Position numbers and translations under genes: made by a program
In this document: positions 10,170-19,468 of the stretch, piece after piece
Layout: every line of letters begins with the position of its first letter
Numbering within the stretch: position 1 is the first letter of the stretch
Notes under the pieces: model-generated
Told to the model about the DNA's origin: nothing
The model's database searches: none
The model's input: the letters and a program-made list of their open reading frames with translations, nothing else
NCBI RefSeq assembly: GCF_000008645.1
Contig: NC_000916.1
Location: 90,001 to 122,000, forward strand
Length of the DNA stretch: 32,000 bases
Direction: 5' to 3'
DNA from: Methanothermobacter thermautotrophicus str. Delta H
Lineage (GTDB): Archaea > Methanobacteriota > Methanobacteria > Methanobacteriales > Methanothermobacteraceae

Positions 10170-11876
10170 ATGATAAGGGTAGAGAACCTGACAAAGACCT
10201 ATAAACTGGAGAATGGAGACGAATTCAGGGCACTTTCTGATGTTAACCTTGAGGTGGCCGAGGGTGAAATACTCGGAATTCTGGGCATGAGTGGATCAGG
10301 TAAGACAACCCTCCTGAGGATACTGAGGGGTGTGGAACCCTTTGATTCAGGGAGGATCACCCTTGATGATGTAACAGTTGAAGCTGATTCCAGCCAGTAC
10401 TATTTCTCTAAGCTGAAGAAGAAGACAGCCATTCACCTGCAGAGGTCCTTTGGTCTCTGGGCAGAGACAGCCCTTGAGAACGTTATAAGGAAGCTCTACG
10501 CTACAAGGTATGGTGATGAGTCCATGACAGACTTTGACTATGCCTCTGATGAATTCGGTGAGGATGCAATGGAGCTCCTGAGGGTTGTTGGACTTGAACA
10601 CAAGGCTGACCACTTCGCCCCGGTACTGAGCGGGGGTGAAAAACAGAGGCTCATAATGGCAAGGCAGCTTGCAAAGAAACCCCGGGTCCTTCTACTTGAT
10701 GAACCGGCAACCATGTCCTGCCCGAGGACCAAGCAGGAGATACTGGACGCCATAAAGAACATAAACAGGGAACTCGGTGTCACCGTGGTCCTTGTATCCC
10801 ACCTCCCGGAGGTCCATGAGTACCTGGCCGACAGGGTGGTGCTCATGGATGGGGGCCGCATAGTTGATGAGGGCGAACCCTCATCCATTATAGGAAGGTT
10901 CCTTGAGGACATCGAACCCCCTGTTGAATACACTCCGGGGGCCAGAGGGAAGGAGATACTCAGGGTCCGTGGTCTCGGGAAGAGGTTCGTACTCCTCAAG
11001 GGTGGAGCTGTCCTGGAGATGAGTGATGTTAACCTCGATATAGCTGAGGGGGAGATGGTGTCCATAATAGGCCCCAGCGGAGCAGGTAAGACAGTCCTCC
11101 TCAGGATGATAGGGGGTCTGGATCTACCTGATGAGGGTACAGTGGAGTTCCGCCTCAACAGTGAATGGGTCAACATGCATGAGCCTGGCGTTAAGAGGAT
11201 GGGAATAAGGCGAAAGATGGGGTTCATGCACCAGGAGTTCGCCCTCGTGCACCATGCAACCATAAGGAGTCAGATCGCCTCAAGGCTTGGTGTTAAGGGA
11301 GAACATGTTGTTGCGGAGGCAAAGAAGAGGGCCGATGAACTCGGAATAAGTGACATGGTCCTCGATGTCCTTTACCAGCTCACTGATCTTCCTGAGACCG
11401 AGGCACGGTACCGTCTGGAGAAGCTGGGCCTCTCACCTGAGATACTTGAGGAGCTCTTCCCAAGCTTCCCTGACAGTGAGGTTAAGAGGTATGCTGAGCC
11501 CATATTCAGGGCCCTTGACCTTCCCCTGAGTATACTTGACAGGAGGTCCTATGAGCTATCAGGCGGCGAGAGGGTGAGGGCGACCCTTGCCCTTGTACTC
11601 GCATCGAGGCCCGATGTACTGATACTGGATGAGCCCTTCGGGGACCTGGACCCAATCACACTGCGCATGGTCTCCAACTCCCTCAAGAGGATCAACATGG
11701 AGTTCGGGACAACCATCATAATGGTGAGCCACCATGTTGACTTCATAAGGGAGCTCAGCACCAGGGCCGTGATGGTTGAGGATGGAAGGATTGTGATGGA
11801 TGGTGAACCAGGTGAACTCTGTGATGAATTTGTTGAGAGGAGTCATGCAAGATACCTTCAGAGGGTTAAGGGGTGA
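10170..11876 (+). CDS. atwA: Twin-ATPase ABC protein, methyl-coenzyme M reductase activation component A2 (AtwA)-like
   Basis: Two ABC cassettes: GMSGSGKTT / LSGGEKQRL / [17 protein letters not shown] and GPSGAGKTV / LSGGERVRA / [11 protein letters not shown]. No TM domain. ATG 10170 has GGTGAT upstream; the ORF track begins at 10104. Confidence 0.85.
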   Translation: MIRVENLTKTYKLENGDEFRALSDVNLEVAEGEILGILGMSGSGKTTLLRILRGVEPFDSGRITLDDVTVEADSSQYYFSKLKKKTAIHLQRSFGLWAETALENVIRKLYATRYGDESMTDFDYASDEFGEDAMELLRVVGLEHKADHFAPVLSGGEKQRLIMARQLAKKPRVLLLDEPATMSCPRTKQEILDAIKNINRELGVTVVLVSHLPEVHEYLADRVVLMDGGRIVDEGEPSSIIGRFLEDIEPPVEYTPGARGKEILRVRGLGKRFVLLKGGAVLEMSDVNLDIAEGEMVSIIGPSGAGKTVLLRMIGGLDLPDEGTVEFRLNSEWVNMHEPGVKRMGIRRKMGFMHQEFALVHHATIRSQIASRLGVKGEHVVAEAKKRADELGISDMVLDVLYQLTDLPETEARYRLEKLGLSPEILEELFPSFPDSEVKRYAEPIFRALDLPLSILDRRSYELSGGERVRATLALVLASRPDVLILDEPFGDLDPITLRMVSNSLKRINMEFGTTIIMVSHHVDFIRELSTRAVMVEDGRIVMDGEPGELCDEFVERSHARYLQRVKG

Positions 11877-11881
11877 TGTCC

Positions 11882-12433
11882 ATGGATTTTGAGGATTTTC
11901 CGGTTGAAAGCGCCCACAGGATACTGACACCCAGACCGACGGTTATGGTAACAACCGTGGATGAGGAGGGTAACATCAACGCAGCCCCCTTCTCATTCAC
12001 AATGCCGGTCTCAATTGACCCGCCGGTTGTTGCCTTTGCATCGGCGCCAGACCACCACACAGCCAGAAACATTGAGAGCACACATGAATTTGTTATAAAT
12101 ATAACACCTGCAGATATAATTGAACGGATGTGGGTCACCGCCAGGGACATTCCAGCAGGGGAGAATGAACTCGAGGCTGCGGGTCTTGCCTGGACCTCTT
12201 CCAGGAGGGTGAAGCCTCCAAGAATCGTTGAGGCCCCGGGGCACCTTGAATGTGAACTCCTCCGGATGTTTGAGGTGGGGGACCATAACCTTATAACAGG
12301 GTCTGTGGTGAGCGCATCGGTGCGGTCTGGAGCTGTGAAGGAAGGCCTCCTTGATGTTGAGTCTGTGAAGCCTGTCCTCCATGTGGGCGGAAACAAGTTT
12401 GTCGTAGGTGATCATGTGAGGCATGTTGAGTAG
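11882..12433 (+). CDS. Flavin reductase-like, FMN-binding protein
   Basis: [58 protein letters not shown] is the flavin reductase-like FMN-binding domain. GTG 11873 and ATG 11876 are alternative starts. Confidence 0.9.
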   Translation: MDFEDFPVESAHRILTPRPTVMVTTVDEEGNINAAPFSFTMPVSIDPPVVAFASAPDHHTARNIESTHEFVINITPADIIERMWVTARDIPAGENELEAAGLAWTSSRRVKPPRIVEAPGHLECELLRMFEVGDHNLITGSVVSASVRSGAVKEGLLDVESVKPVLHVGGNKFVVGDHVRHVE

Positions 12434-12441
12434 GTGGTTTC

Positions 12442-12837
12442 ATGTTTGAAAAGATAATGGTTCCAACGGATGGCTCAGAGTACGCTGCAAGGGCAGAGGA
12501 TATGGCCATAGAACTCGCAGGGCGTCTGGGTTCCGTGGTGATTGCAGTCCATGTCATCGATGAGAAGCTGATATACCCCTTTGATGTCCTTGAGGATGAA
12601 GGTAAGGAGATACTGGCGTCTGTTCAGAGGAAGGGGCGTGAGGCTGGTGTCCAGGTTGATGAGGTACTTGTCTTCGGCAGCCCGGCCCATGACATGAAGA
12701 AGATCACAGAGAAGACAGGGGCTGATCTTGTGGTTATCGCATCCCATGGGAGGTCAGGCCTTGAGAAACTGCTGATGGGGAGTGTTGCTGAGACAACCCT
12801 CAAGACTGTGGATGTTCCGGTCCTCCTGGTGAAATGA
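12442..12837 (+). CDS. Universal stress protein (UspA family)
   Basis: MFEKIMVPTDGSEYAARAEDMAIEL...DLVVIASHGRSGLEKLLMGSVAETTLKTVDVPVLLVK, ATP-binding Gx2Gx9G(S/T) pattern. Confidence 0.95.
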   Translation: MFEKIMVPTDGSEYAARAEDMAIELAGRLGSVVIAVHVIDEKLIYPFDVLEDEGKEILASVQRKGREAGVQVDEVLVFGSPAHDMKKITEKTGADLVVIASHGRSGLEKLLMGSVAETTLKTVDVPVLLVK

Positions 12838-12840
12838 TAA

Positions 12841-12846
12841 TTTTTT
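12841..12846 (+). terminator. Oligo-T terminator after the Usp gene
   Basis: tgataaTTTTTTcacc, immediately 3' of the Usp stop; archaeal oligo-T style. Confidence 0.45.
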
Positions 12847-12876
12847 CACCCCTGGTTAGAAAGGTATATATGGAAG

Positions 12877-12884
12877 TATATAAT
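12877..12884 (+). promoter_or_regulatory. Candidate TATA box for the small membrane protein gene
   Basis: tggaagTATATAATaatctg. A second candidate TATATAT lies at 12865-12871. Predicted initiation about 25 bp downstream falls inside the palindrome at 12888-12914. Confidence 0.5.
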
Positions 12885-12887
12885 AAT

Positions 12888-12914
12888 CTGATATATCAAA
12901 ATTTGATATATCAG
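12888..12914. promoter_or_regulatory. Perfect 13-1-13 inverted repeat, candidate operator
   Basis: CTGATATATCAAA-A-TTTGATATATCAG; the arms are exact reverse complements. Confidence 0.6.
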
Positions 12915-12926
12915 AGAGGTGTTAGG

Positions 12927-13115
12927 TTGAAAAGGGTGTTCAGTGGTATAAAGTCCTACCTTACAGACTGGAAGAACCTTCTAACCCACAGCCTCGTGGG
13001 TGTTCTGATACTCTTAATCGCCCTCTATGCACCCGTAAGCCCATACATTAGGATGGGCTTTGTGGGATGCGTTGTTGGATTCAATGTATTCAGAATGAAG
13101 TACCTCGACCAGTAA
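12927..13115 (+). CDS. Small membrane protein (about 62 aa, about 2 TM segments), hypothetical
   Basis: TTG start at 12927 after AGAGGTG (12914-12920), in frame with ORF 12834..13115. Product LKRVFSGIKSYLTDWKNLLTHSLVGVLILLIALYAPVSPYIRMGFVGCVVGFNVFRMKYLDQ. Confidence 0.6.
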   Translation: MKRVFSGIKSYLTDWKNLLTHSLVGVLILLIALYAPVSPYIRMGFVGCVVGFNVFRMKYLDQ

Positions 13116-13373
13116 AACTCTTTTTTAAGGACCTCCGGGTCCTGCAGATATTATTTTTTTGAGATTAATCTGGACGTATATTATTCTTTGCTTCAGATCT
13201 TCTTTTTATCAGCAGGTACCCTGCTCCTATGGCAGCCCATTAAACAAATTATCAGATGTATGCCGGGTCTCTCAACACTATAAAGCTTTCGCAGTGAATT
13301 TTATAGATAATTTTAAATTTTAGGAGAGTAATAAAGATATAGCGTGGCAGCCATAAAATCAGAGGTATCAGCC

Positions 13374-13535
13374 ATGAAGAGATACAAGTGCCGTGTATGC
13401 GGATACATCTACGACCCCGAGAAGGGCGAGCCCCGGACGGACACACCACCCGGAACACCATTTGAGGACCTCCCGGAGACCTGGAGGTGCCCCTCATGCG
13501 GTGCAAAGAAGAAGATGTTCAAACCACTGGATTGA
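13374..13535 (+). CDS. Rubredoxin (first copy)
   Basis: [53 protein letters not shown], two CxxCG knuckles. AGAGGT precedes the ATG. Confidence 0.97.
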   Translation: MKRYKCRVCGYIYDPEKGEPRTDTPPGTPFEDLPETWRCPSCGAKKKMFKPLD

Positions 13536-13546
13536 GAGGTGAATGA

Positions 13547-13708
13547 ATGGACAAATATGTTTGTCAGATGTGCGGATACATCTACGACCCTGAGGAGGGA
13601 GACCCTGTTTCAGGCATAGAGGCAGGAACACCCTTCGAGGACCTCCCGGACGACTGGGTATGCCCGGTCTGCGGGGTTGGAAAGGACCAGTTCAAGAAGA
13701 TGGATTAG
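13547..13708 (+). CDS. Rubredoxin (second copy); absent from the supplied ORF track
   Basis: Direct translation: [53 protein letters not shown], with gaggtga upstream. Confidence 0.97.
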   Translation: MDKYVCQMCGYIYDPEEGDPVSGIEAGTPFEDLPDDWVCPVCGVGKDQFKKMD

Positions 13709-14866
13709 ATGACAGCAAAAAGGATTGCTGATGGGGTTTACTACACAGGCACCATCGACTGGGACAGAAGGACCTTCGATGAACTTGTAACCCTCCCGAG
13801 GGGTACAAGTTACAACTCCTACCTGATCTCTGGAACCAGCGCCACAGCCCTCATTGACACCACGGAGCCATCAAGGGCAGCCGAACTCCTCAGGACCCTT
13901 GAGGAGATGGACGCAGATATAAAATACATAGTATCACAGCATGCAGAACAGGATCACTCAGGCACCATACCCGAACTCCTTGAAATCTACCCTGAGGCAG
14001 AGGTCATCGGGACACCTGCATGCATAGAACTTCTGCAGGAGCTTCTGAGGATCAACGGGAACTTCAGGGAGGTTAAGGACGGTGAAAGCCTCTCCCTGGG
14101 TGACAGGACACTGAGATTCATCGTAACACCATGGGTTCACTGGCCAGATACCATGGTAACCTACCTTGAGGAGGATGGCATACTCTTTACATGCGACTTC
14201 TTCGGATCACACATTGCAACATCAGACATCATGGAGACACCAGATGACTTCCTGAGGGAGGCAAAGAGGTACTACGCCCACATAATGATGCCCTTCAGCC
14301 AGATGGTGGCATCAAACCTCAGGAAGATCTCAGAGCTTGAAGTATCCATGATAGCACCATCACATGGCCCGGTCATATCTGAACCCGGGCTCATAATGGA
14401 CGCCTATGATACCTGGACCTCAGGCGGGGATGGAGTGGTCATCGCCTACACCACCATGCATGGAAGCACCAGGGTCATGGTTGAGAGACTCACAGAGAAA
14501 CTCATGGAACTTGATGTGAGTGTGAGACCGGTGAACGTTGCAGAACATGACACAGGGGAATTCCTGACGGAACTCGTCGACGCATCCGTGCTTGTCGTGG
14601 CATCCCCGACGGTACTCACAAGACCACATCCAGCCATAGCATCAGTCCTCTACCTCGTAAACGCCCTGAGACCACCCTTAAGGCATGTTGCGGTCATGGG
14701 ATCCTATGGATGGGGCAGCCTGATAGAATCCGAGGTCAGGAAGCTCCTGTCAAATCTGAATGTCGAATACCTTGAATCCGTCCTTGTGAAGGGTCTCCCG
14801 GTGGAGGAGGACCTTCAGAGGGTGGATGAACTTGCCATGAAGATAAAGGGGGTGAATGAATGGTAA
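13709..14866 (+). CDS. fprA: F420H2 oxidase (A-type flavoprotein: beta-lactamase-like diiron domain plus flavodoxin domain)
   Basis: [29 protein letters not shown] and TCDFFGSH diiron motifs, plus flavodoxin [18 protein letters not shown] directly abuts the rubredoxin stop. Confidence 0.95.
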   Translation: MTAKRIADGVYYTGTIDWDRRTFDELVTLPRGTSYNSYLISGTSATALIDTTEPSRAAELLRTLEEMDADIKYIVSQHAEQDHSGTIPELLEIYPEAEVIGTPACIELLQELLRINGNFREVKDGESLSLGDRTLRFIVTPWVHWPDTMVTYLEEDGILFTCDFFGSHIATSDIMETPDDFLREAKRYYAHIMMPFSQMVASNLRKISELEVSMIAPSHGPVISEPGLIMDAYDTWTSGGDGVVIAYTTMHGSTRVMVERLTEKLMELDVSVRPVNVAEHDTGEFLTELVDASVLVVASPTVLTRPHPAIASVLYLVNALRPPLRHVAVMGSYGWGSLIESEVRKLLSNLNVEYLESVLVKGLPVEEDLQRVDELAMKIKGVNEW

Positions 14867-15375
14867 GTGAAAGGATGCAGGAGGCGCTAAACAGGCAGCT
14901 AAATGCTGAGCTCTACTCAGCATATCTCTACCTTTCAATGGCAGCCTACTACGAGGCCTCCGATCTTCCTGGATTCGCAAACTGGATGCGTGTACAGGCC
15001 CAGGAGGAGCTTTCACACGCAATGAAATTCTACGACTACCTTGTGCAGAGGGGTGCAAGGGTCGTACTGGATGAGATAGAGAAACCACCATTTGAGTGGG
15101 AATCACCACTTGAGGTGGCCAAGCATGTCCTTGAACATGAGAAGAAGGTCACAGGACTCATAAATGACCTTGTGGACCTCGCCATCTCAGAGAGGGATCA
15201 TGCAACCAACAACTTCCTCCAGTGGTTCGTTGCAGAGCAGGTTGAGGAGGAGGAATCAGCAGGGAGCCTTCTCCAGAGGGTGCGCCTCGCATCAGACTCA
15301 CCCAGCGGACTCCTCATGCTGGATGCAGAACTGGCAAAGAGGGTCTACAATCCACCCGCAGATAAGGGGGAATGA
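14860..15375 (+). CDS. Ferritin (non-heme)
   Basis: [65 protein letters not shown], classic ferritin helices. Confidence 0.95.
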   Translation: MVSERMQEALNRQLNAELYSAYLYLSMAAYYEASDLPGFANWMRVQAQEELSHAMKFYDYLVQRGARVVLDEIEKPPFEWESPLEVAKHVLEHEKKVTGLINDLVDLAISERDHATNNFLQWFVAEQVEEEESAGSLLQRVRLASDSPSGLLMLDAELAKRVYNPPADKGE

Positions 15376-15378
15376 GCT

Positions 15379-16059
15379 ATGGGGGAGAAGGTATACGAAC
15401 TCAGAAAGATAAAGAAAAAGGGAAGGGGAATGCCCCTCATAGGGGATAAATTCCCGGAGATGGAGGTCCAGACGACCCATGGACCGATGGAACTCCCGGA
15501 TGAATTTGAGGGCAAATGGTTCATCCTCTTCAGCCACCCTGCAGACTTCACACCGGTCTGCACAACGGAGTTCGTGGCCTTTCAGGAGGTATACCCGGAA
15601 CTCCGGGAACTTGACTGTGAACTCGTGGGCCTCAGTGTTGACCAGGTATTCTCCCACATCAAGTGGATCGAGTGGATAGCCGAGAACCTTGACACAGAGA
15701 TAGAGTTCCCGGTGATAGCAGATACCGGACGGGTGGCGGACACCCTGGGACTCATCCACCCGGCAAGACCCACAAACACCGTCAGGGCAGTCTTTGTGGT
15801 GGACCCGGAGGGGATAATAAGGGCCATCCTATACTATCCACAGGAACTTGGAAGGAACATCCCGGAAATCGTGAGGATGATACGTGCCTTCAGGGTCATA
15901 GATGCTGAGGGGGTTGCAGCACCAGCCAACTGGCCCGATAACCAGCTCATCGGTGACCATGTGATAGTGCCTCCCGCATCTGATATTGAAACCGCGAGAA
16001 AGAGGAAGGATGAATATGAATGCTATGACTGGTGGCTATGCACCCAAAGTAGGGGGTGA
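15379..16059 (+). CDS. Peroxiredoxin (1-Cys/Prx6-type alkyl hydroperoxide reductase family)
   Basis: [20 protein letters not shown] active site, [20 protein letters not shown], and C-terminal cysteines [10 protein letters not shown] as in archaeal Prx. Confidence 0.96.
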   Translation: MGEKVYELRKIKKKGRGMPLIGDKFPEMEVQTTHGPMELPDEFEGKWFILFSHPADFTPVCTTEFVAFQEVYPELRELDCELVGLSVDQVFSHIKWIEWIAENLDTEIEFPVIADTGRVADTLGLIHPARPTNTVRAVFVVDPEGIIRAILYYPQELGRNIPEIVRMIRAFRVIDAEGVAAPANWPDNQLIGDHVIVPPASDIETARKRKDEYECYDWWLCTQSRG

Positions 16060-16673
16060 ATGATTTGGAGAAAAAATTCTATGAGCTACCTGAGCTCCCG
16101 TACCCATACGACGCCCTTGAACCACACATATCCCGGGAGCAGCTCACCATACACCACCAGAAACACCACCAGGCATACGTGGATGGTGCCAACGCACTCC
16201 TCAGGAAACTGGATGAGGCAAGGGAATCAGACACAGACGTTGACATCAAGGCAGCCCTCAAGGAGCTCTCCTTCCATGTTGGGGGCTACGTGCTTCACCT
16301 CTTCTTCTGGGGTAACATGGGACCCGCAGATGAATGCGGAGGAGAACCCTCAGGAAAACTCGCAGAGTACATAGAGAAGGACTTTGGAAGCTTTGAAAGA
16401 TTCAGGAAGGAGTTCTCACAGGCAGCAATAAGTGCAGAGGGTTCAGGATGGGCGGTACTCACCTACTGCCAGAGGACAGACAGGCTCTTCATAATGCAGG
16501 TCGAGAAACACAACGTCAACGTCATACCACACTTCAGGATACTCCTGGTCCTCGATGTATGGGAACACGCCTACTACATTGACTACAGGAACGTGAGACC
16601 AGACTACGTTGAGGCATTCTGGAACATAGTTAACTGGAAGGAAGTTGAAAAACGCTTCGAGGATATCCTCTAA
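16056..16673 (+). CDS. sodB: Fe/Mn superoxide dismutase
   Basis: [40 protein letters not shown]...[31 protein letters not shown] start overlaps the Prx stop. Confidence 0.96.
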   Translation: MNDLEKKFYELPELPYPYDALEPHISREQLTIHHQKHHQAYVDGANALLRKLDEARESDTDVDIKAALKELSFHVGGYVLHLFFWGNMGPADECGGEPSGKLAEYIEKDFGSFERFRKEFSQAAISAEGSGWAVLTYCQRTDRLFIMQVEKHNVNVIPHFRILLVLDVWEHAYYIDYRNVRPDYVEAFWNIVNWKEVEKRFEDIL

Positions 16674-16723
16674 CCAGTAATCACAGGAGATCATCCTCTC
16701 TTATCTTTTTTTCAAATGATTTT

Positions 16724-16813
16724 CCTTGAGTCAGATCAGAGGCGGCCCTTATTTTTTTTAAATCATCACCTTGAGTCAGATTAGAGGCGGCCCTTATTTT
16801 TTTTAAATCATCA
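16724..16813. repeat. 45-bp tandem duplication (2 copies) containing an oligo-T tract downstream of sod
   Basis: Unit CCTTGAGTCAGAT(C/T)AGAGGCGGCCCTTATTTTTTTTAAATCATCA at 16724-16768 and 16769-16813, 44/45 identical. A diverged partial third unit lies just upstream (TCTTATCTTTTTTTCAAATGATTTT). Confidence 0.95.
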
Positions 16814-16911
16814 TCTTCCATGGAGTTTCTCCTGGTCCAAATACCGGGGTAACATTTATTTTTAAAGCATCATAAATCATTAAGAGTTACACTGATCCGG
16901 GAATGATTCTG

Positions 16912-18207
16912 ATGATCTGGAATAGGGAAATGGAATGCATATCAAGGGATGAACTGGAGGAACTGCAGCTCAGGAGACTACAGGATACCGTGAAGAGGGC
17001 CTATGAGAATGTACCCTACTACAGGGAGGCCTTTGAAAGGGTGGAGGTTTACCCCGAGGATATAGAGACCCTTGACGATATAGAAAAACTCCCCTACACA
17101 ACAAAGGACGACCTGAGGAGGGTCTACCCCTTCGGGATGTTCGCAGTGCCACGCAGGGAGATAGTTGAGGTTCACACATCATCAGGGACAACAGGCAAGC
17201 CGGTGGTCTCAGGCTACACCAGGGAGGACATTGAAATATGGAGTGAGGTCATGGCAAGGGGCCTTACCATGATGGGCCTCACCGAGGATGATGTAATCCA
17301 GAACACCCACGGCTACGGACTTTTCACAGGGGGCTTCGGTGTCCACTACGGGGCCCAGAAGATCGGGGCCACGGTCATACCCATATCAACGGGGCAGACA
17401 AGAAGGCAGATAGAGATAATGAAGGACTTCGGAACAACAGTCATGATATTCACACCATCCTACGGTCTCTACCTTTCTGAAATAGCACGTGAAGAAGGAT
17501 TCAACCCTGAAGAGTCCAGGATAAAGGCAATAGGCTTCGGAGCCGAGATGTGGACCGAGGAGATGAGGGCTGAGATCGAGAGAAGATTCAATGCACCGGC
17601 CTTCAACATATACGGCCTGACAGAGATAATGGGGCCAGGTGTTGCAATGGAGTGCAGTGAGAAGAAGGGACTCCACATTGCAGAGGACCACTTCTACCCT
17701 GAGATAATAGATAAGAACGGTGAGAGGCTCGGCCCAGGGGAAAGGGGTGAACTTGTGATCACAACACTGACGAGGGTGGGGATGCCTGTTATAAGGTTCA
17801 GGACCAAGGACATAACCTCCATAGACTATGACCCCTGCAACTGCGGCAGGACCCTTGCAAGGATCTCAAGGATCACAGGCAGGGTTGACGATATGCTCAA
17901 GGTCCGCGGGGTATCAGTGTTCCCATCACAGATAGAGAAGGCGCTACTCCGCATAGACGGAATAGAACCCCACTACCAGATAATAGTGACAAGGCCCCAC
18001 CTCATGGATGAACTTGAGGTCAGGGTTGAAACATCACCGGAACTCTTCTCAGATGATATCCGGAAGATGGTGGAGACCCGGGACCGCATCGAGGAGTTCA
18101 TAGAGAATGAGATAGGCCTCAGGGTCAAGGTGACCCTTGTGGAACCCGGAACCATACCCCGGAGTGAGGGCAAGACTGTGAGGGTGATAGACAGGAGGAA
18201 CCTCTAG
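16912..18207 (+). CDS. Coenzyme F390 synthetase (PaaK-like adenylate-forming enzyme)
   Basis: [31 protein letters not shown]..., [38 protein letters not shown]. Context and sequence recognised as the methanobacterial F390 synthetase. Alternative start at 16903. Confidence 0.88.
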   Translation: MIWNREMECISRDELEELQLRRLQDTVKRAYENVPYYREAFERVEVYPEDIETLDDIEKLPYTTKDDLRRVYPFGMFAVPRREIVEVHTSSGTTGKPVVSGYTREDIEIWSEVMARGLTMMGLTEDDVIQNTHGYGLFTGGFGVHYGAQKIGATVIPISTGQTRRQIEIMKDFGTTVMIFTPSYGLYLSEIAREEGFNPEESRIKAIGFGAEMWTEEMRAEIERRFNAPAFNIYGLTEIMGPGVAMECSEKKGLHIAEDHFYPEIIDKNGERLGPGERGELVITTLTRVGMPVIRFRTKDITSIDYDPCNCGRTLARISRITGRVDDMLKVRGVSVFPSQIEKALLRIDGIEPHYQIIVTRPHLMDELEVRVETSPELFSDDIRKMVETRDRIEEFIENEIGLRVKVTLVEPGTIPRSEGKTVRVIDRRNL

Positions 18208-18231
18208 TTTAAAGGACGAGGCTGTGATAAT

Positions 18232-18663
18232 ATGAGGGTTAAGCAGATATCTATATTCCTTGAAAATAAGAAGGGCCGGCTCTGGAAGGCCCTCAGCACA
18301 CTTGCAGAGGCAGGTATAAACCTCAGGGCACTTTCACTTGCAGACACATCCGAATTCGGCATACTGAGACTCATAGTACCCGAACCTCAAGAGGCGGCGG
18401 CCGTGCTTGAGGATAAGGGTTTTGTCGTTAAAATTAAGGACGTGGTTGCGGTTGAAATGGATGACCGGCCAGGGGGCCTTTCATCCATCCTCGAGGTGCT
18501 GAAGGACTACGACCTGAACCTTGACTACATATACGCCTTTGTACATGAGAAGAAGGACAAGGCCATACTGTTCATGAGTACAGAGGACCTGGACGCCCTT
18601 GAGGGTGCACTGAGGGATGCGGGGGTGCGCATGGTCCCGCCTGAGGAGGTCTATTCCCTCTGA
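18232..18663 (+). CDS. Tandem ACT-domain protein, partner of the PaaK-like/F390 synthetase gene
   Basis: VKQISIFLENKKGRLWKALSTLAEAGINLRALSLADTSEFGILRLIV...VVAVEMDDRPGGLSSILEVLKDYDLNLDYIYAFV, two ACT repeats. Confidence 0.9.
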   Translation: MRVKQISIFLENKKGRLWKALSTLAEAGINLRALSLADTSEFGILRLIVPEPQEAAAVLEDKGFVVKIKDVVAVEMDDRPGGLSSILEVLKDYDLNLDYIYAFVHEKKDKAILFMSTEDLDALEGALRDAGVRMVPPEEVYSL

Positions 18664-18670
18664 TTGATTT

Positions 18671-19468
18671 TTATTCCTTGTGGGTGAGCCTGAGGTCCTC
18701 CACAGAGTACTCAACACCCTCCTTCTCAAGTTTTTCTGTTATACTCCTGCTCATTTTACCAACTGCAAGTACAAGGACGTTGAGGCCCCTCTTTGCAGCT
18801 GCAAGTGCTGCGTGGGGTGTTGCGAACTCAAAATCCACCTGCAGGTTCAGTTTATTTGCAGCCGCCCTTGAAACGGTCCCCATTATCCCGGTTCTATCAT
18901 GGCCTCTGCTGAGCTCCCTCAACCTTTCAAGGTCGGCGTTCCTTGATCCACCCTCAGATATTCCTGGCAGCACGGCTATGGTCACCTTACCCCGCTGGAG
19001 TGGTATGGTCCCCCCGAGTTCTGATAGGGCAACATCCTCACCCCTCCGTGCAGGGTGGAGTACCTCTGCATAGGCCTCCCCGTTTCTCCTCCTCCTTGCA
19101 TATAGTATACCATCCTCCATGAAAAGTTCAACCTTATCCCCCTCCTGGAGGTCCTCCCAGGCTATGGCCGGCCACACAGACCTGTAGAAGCTCATGGATT
19201 CAAGCACCTCATCTGCGTACCTTCGAAGGTCCATGGCGGCCTCCTTGATCTTCTCAGCACCCCTCCTTGTTATCTTGTAGTGGGACCTACCGCTTCCGGA
19301 CTCAACCAGGCCCTCGGCTATGAGGCTCTTGATGTTCTCAGAGACTGCCTGGACAGTTACTCCGAGCTTATCTGCTATGTCCTTCTGCCTCACATAGGGC
19401 TGACGCATGGCTATCTCACTAAGTATCTGAAAGCGTGTAAGTTCACCCTTTTTTCTCAATGCCTTCAT
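18671..19468 (-). CDS. Winged-HTH transcriptional regulator with a C-terminal putative effector domain
   Basis: N-terminal LTRFQILSEIAMRQPYVRQKDIADKLGVTVQAVSENIKSLIAEGLVESGSGRSHYKITRRG is a clear wHTH. The C-terminal about 150 aa includes TVAVLPGISEGGS-like and NKLNLQVDFEFATPHAALAAAKRGLNVLVLAVG segments. Confidence 0.85.
   Translation of the reverse strand: MKALRKKGELTRFQILSEIAMRQPYVRQKDIADKLGVTVQAVSENIKSLIAEGLVESGSGRSHYKITRRGAEKIKEAAMDLRRYADEVLESMSFYRSVWPAIAWEDLQEGDKVELFMEDGILYARRRRNGEAYAEVLHPARRGEDVALSELGGTIPLQRGKVTIAVLPGISEGGSRNADLERLRELSRGHDRTGIMGTVSRAAANKLNLQVDFEFATPHAALAAAKRGLNVLVLAVGKMSRSITEKLEKEGVEYSVEDLRLTHKE

Noticed and set aside
10538-11263. 241-aa minus-strand ORF inside atwA, and similar long antisense ORFs (for example 8369..8824, 11549..11930, 24785..25198, 26573..27073, 27471..27971, 29785..30303)
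   Set aside because: All are shadow ORFs on the opposite strand of clear conserved genes, with low-complexity Ser/Arg/Pro-rich translations.
12834-12926. N-terminal extension MIIFSPLVRKVYMEVYNNLIYQNLIYQRGVR of the small membrane protein
   Set aside because: It would translate through the candidate terminator, TATA box and palindrome. The repetitive NLIYQNLIYQ is the palindrome read as protein.
16724-16813. CRISPR or satellite array interpretation of the 45-bp repeats
   Set aside because: There are only two clean copies directly abutting with no spacers and no cas genes nearby; this is a tandem duplication, not CRISPR.
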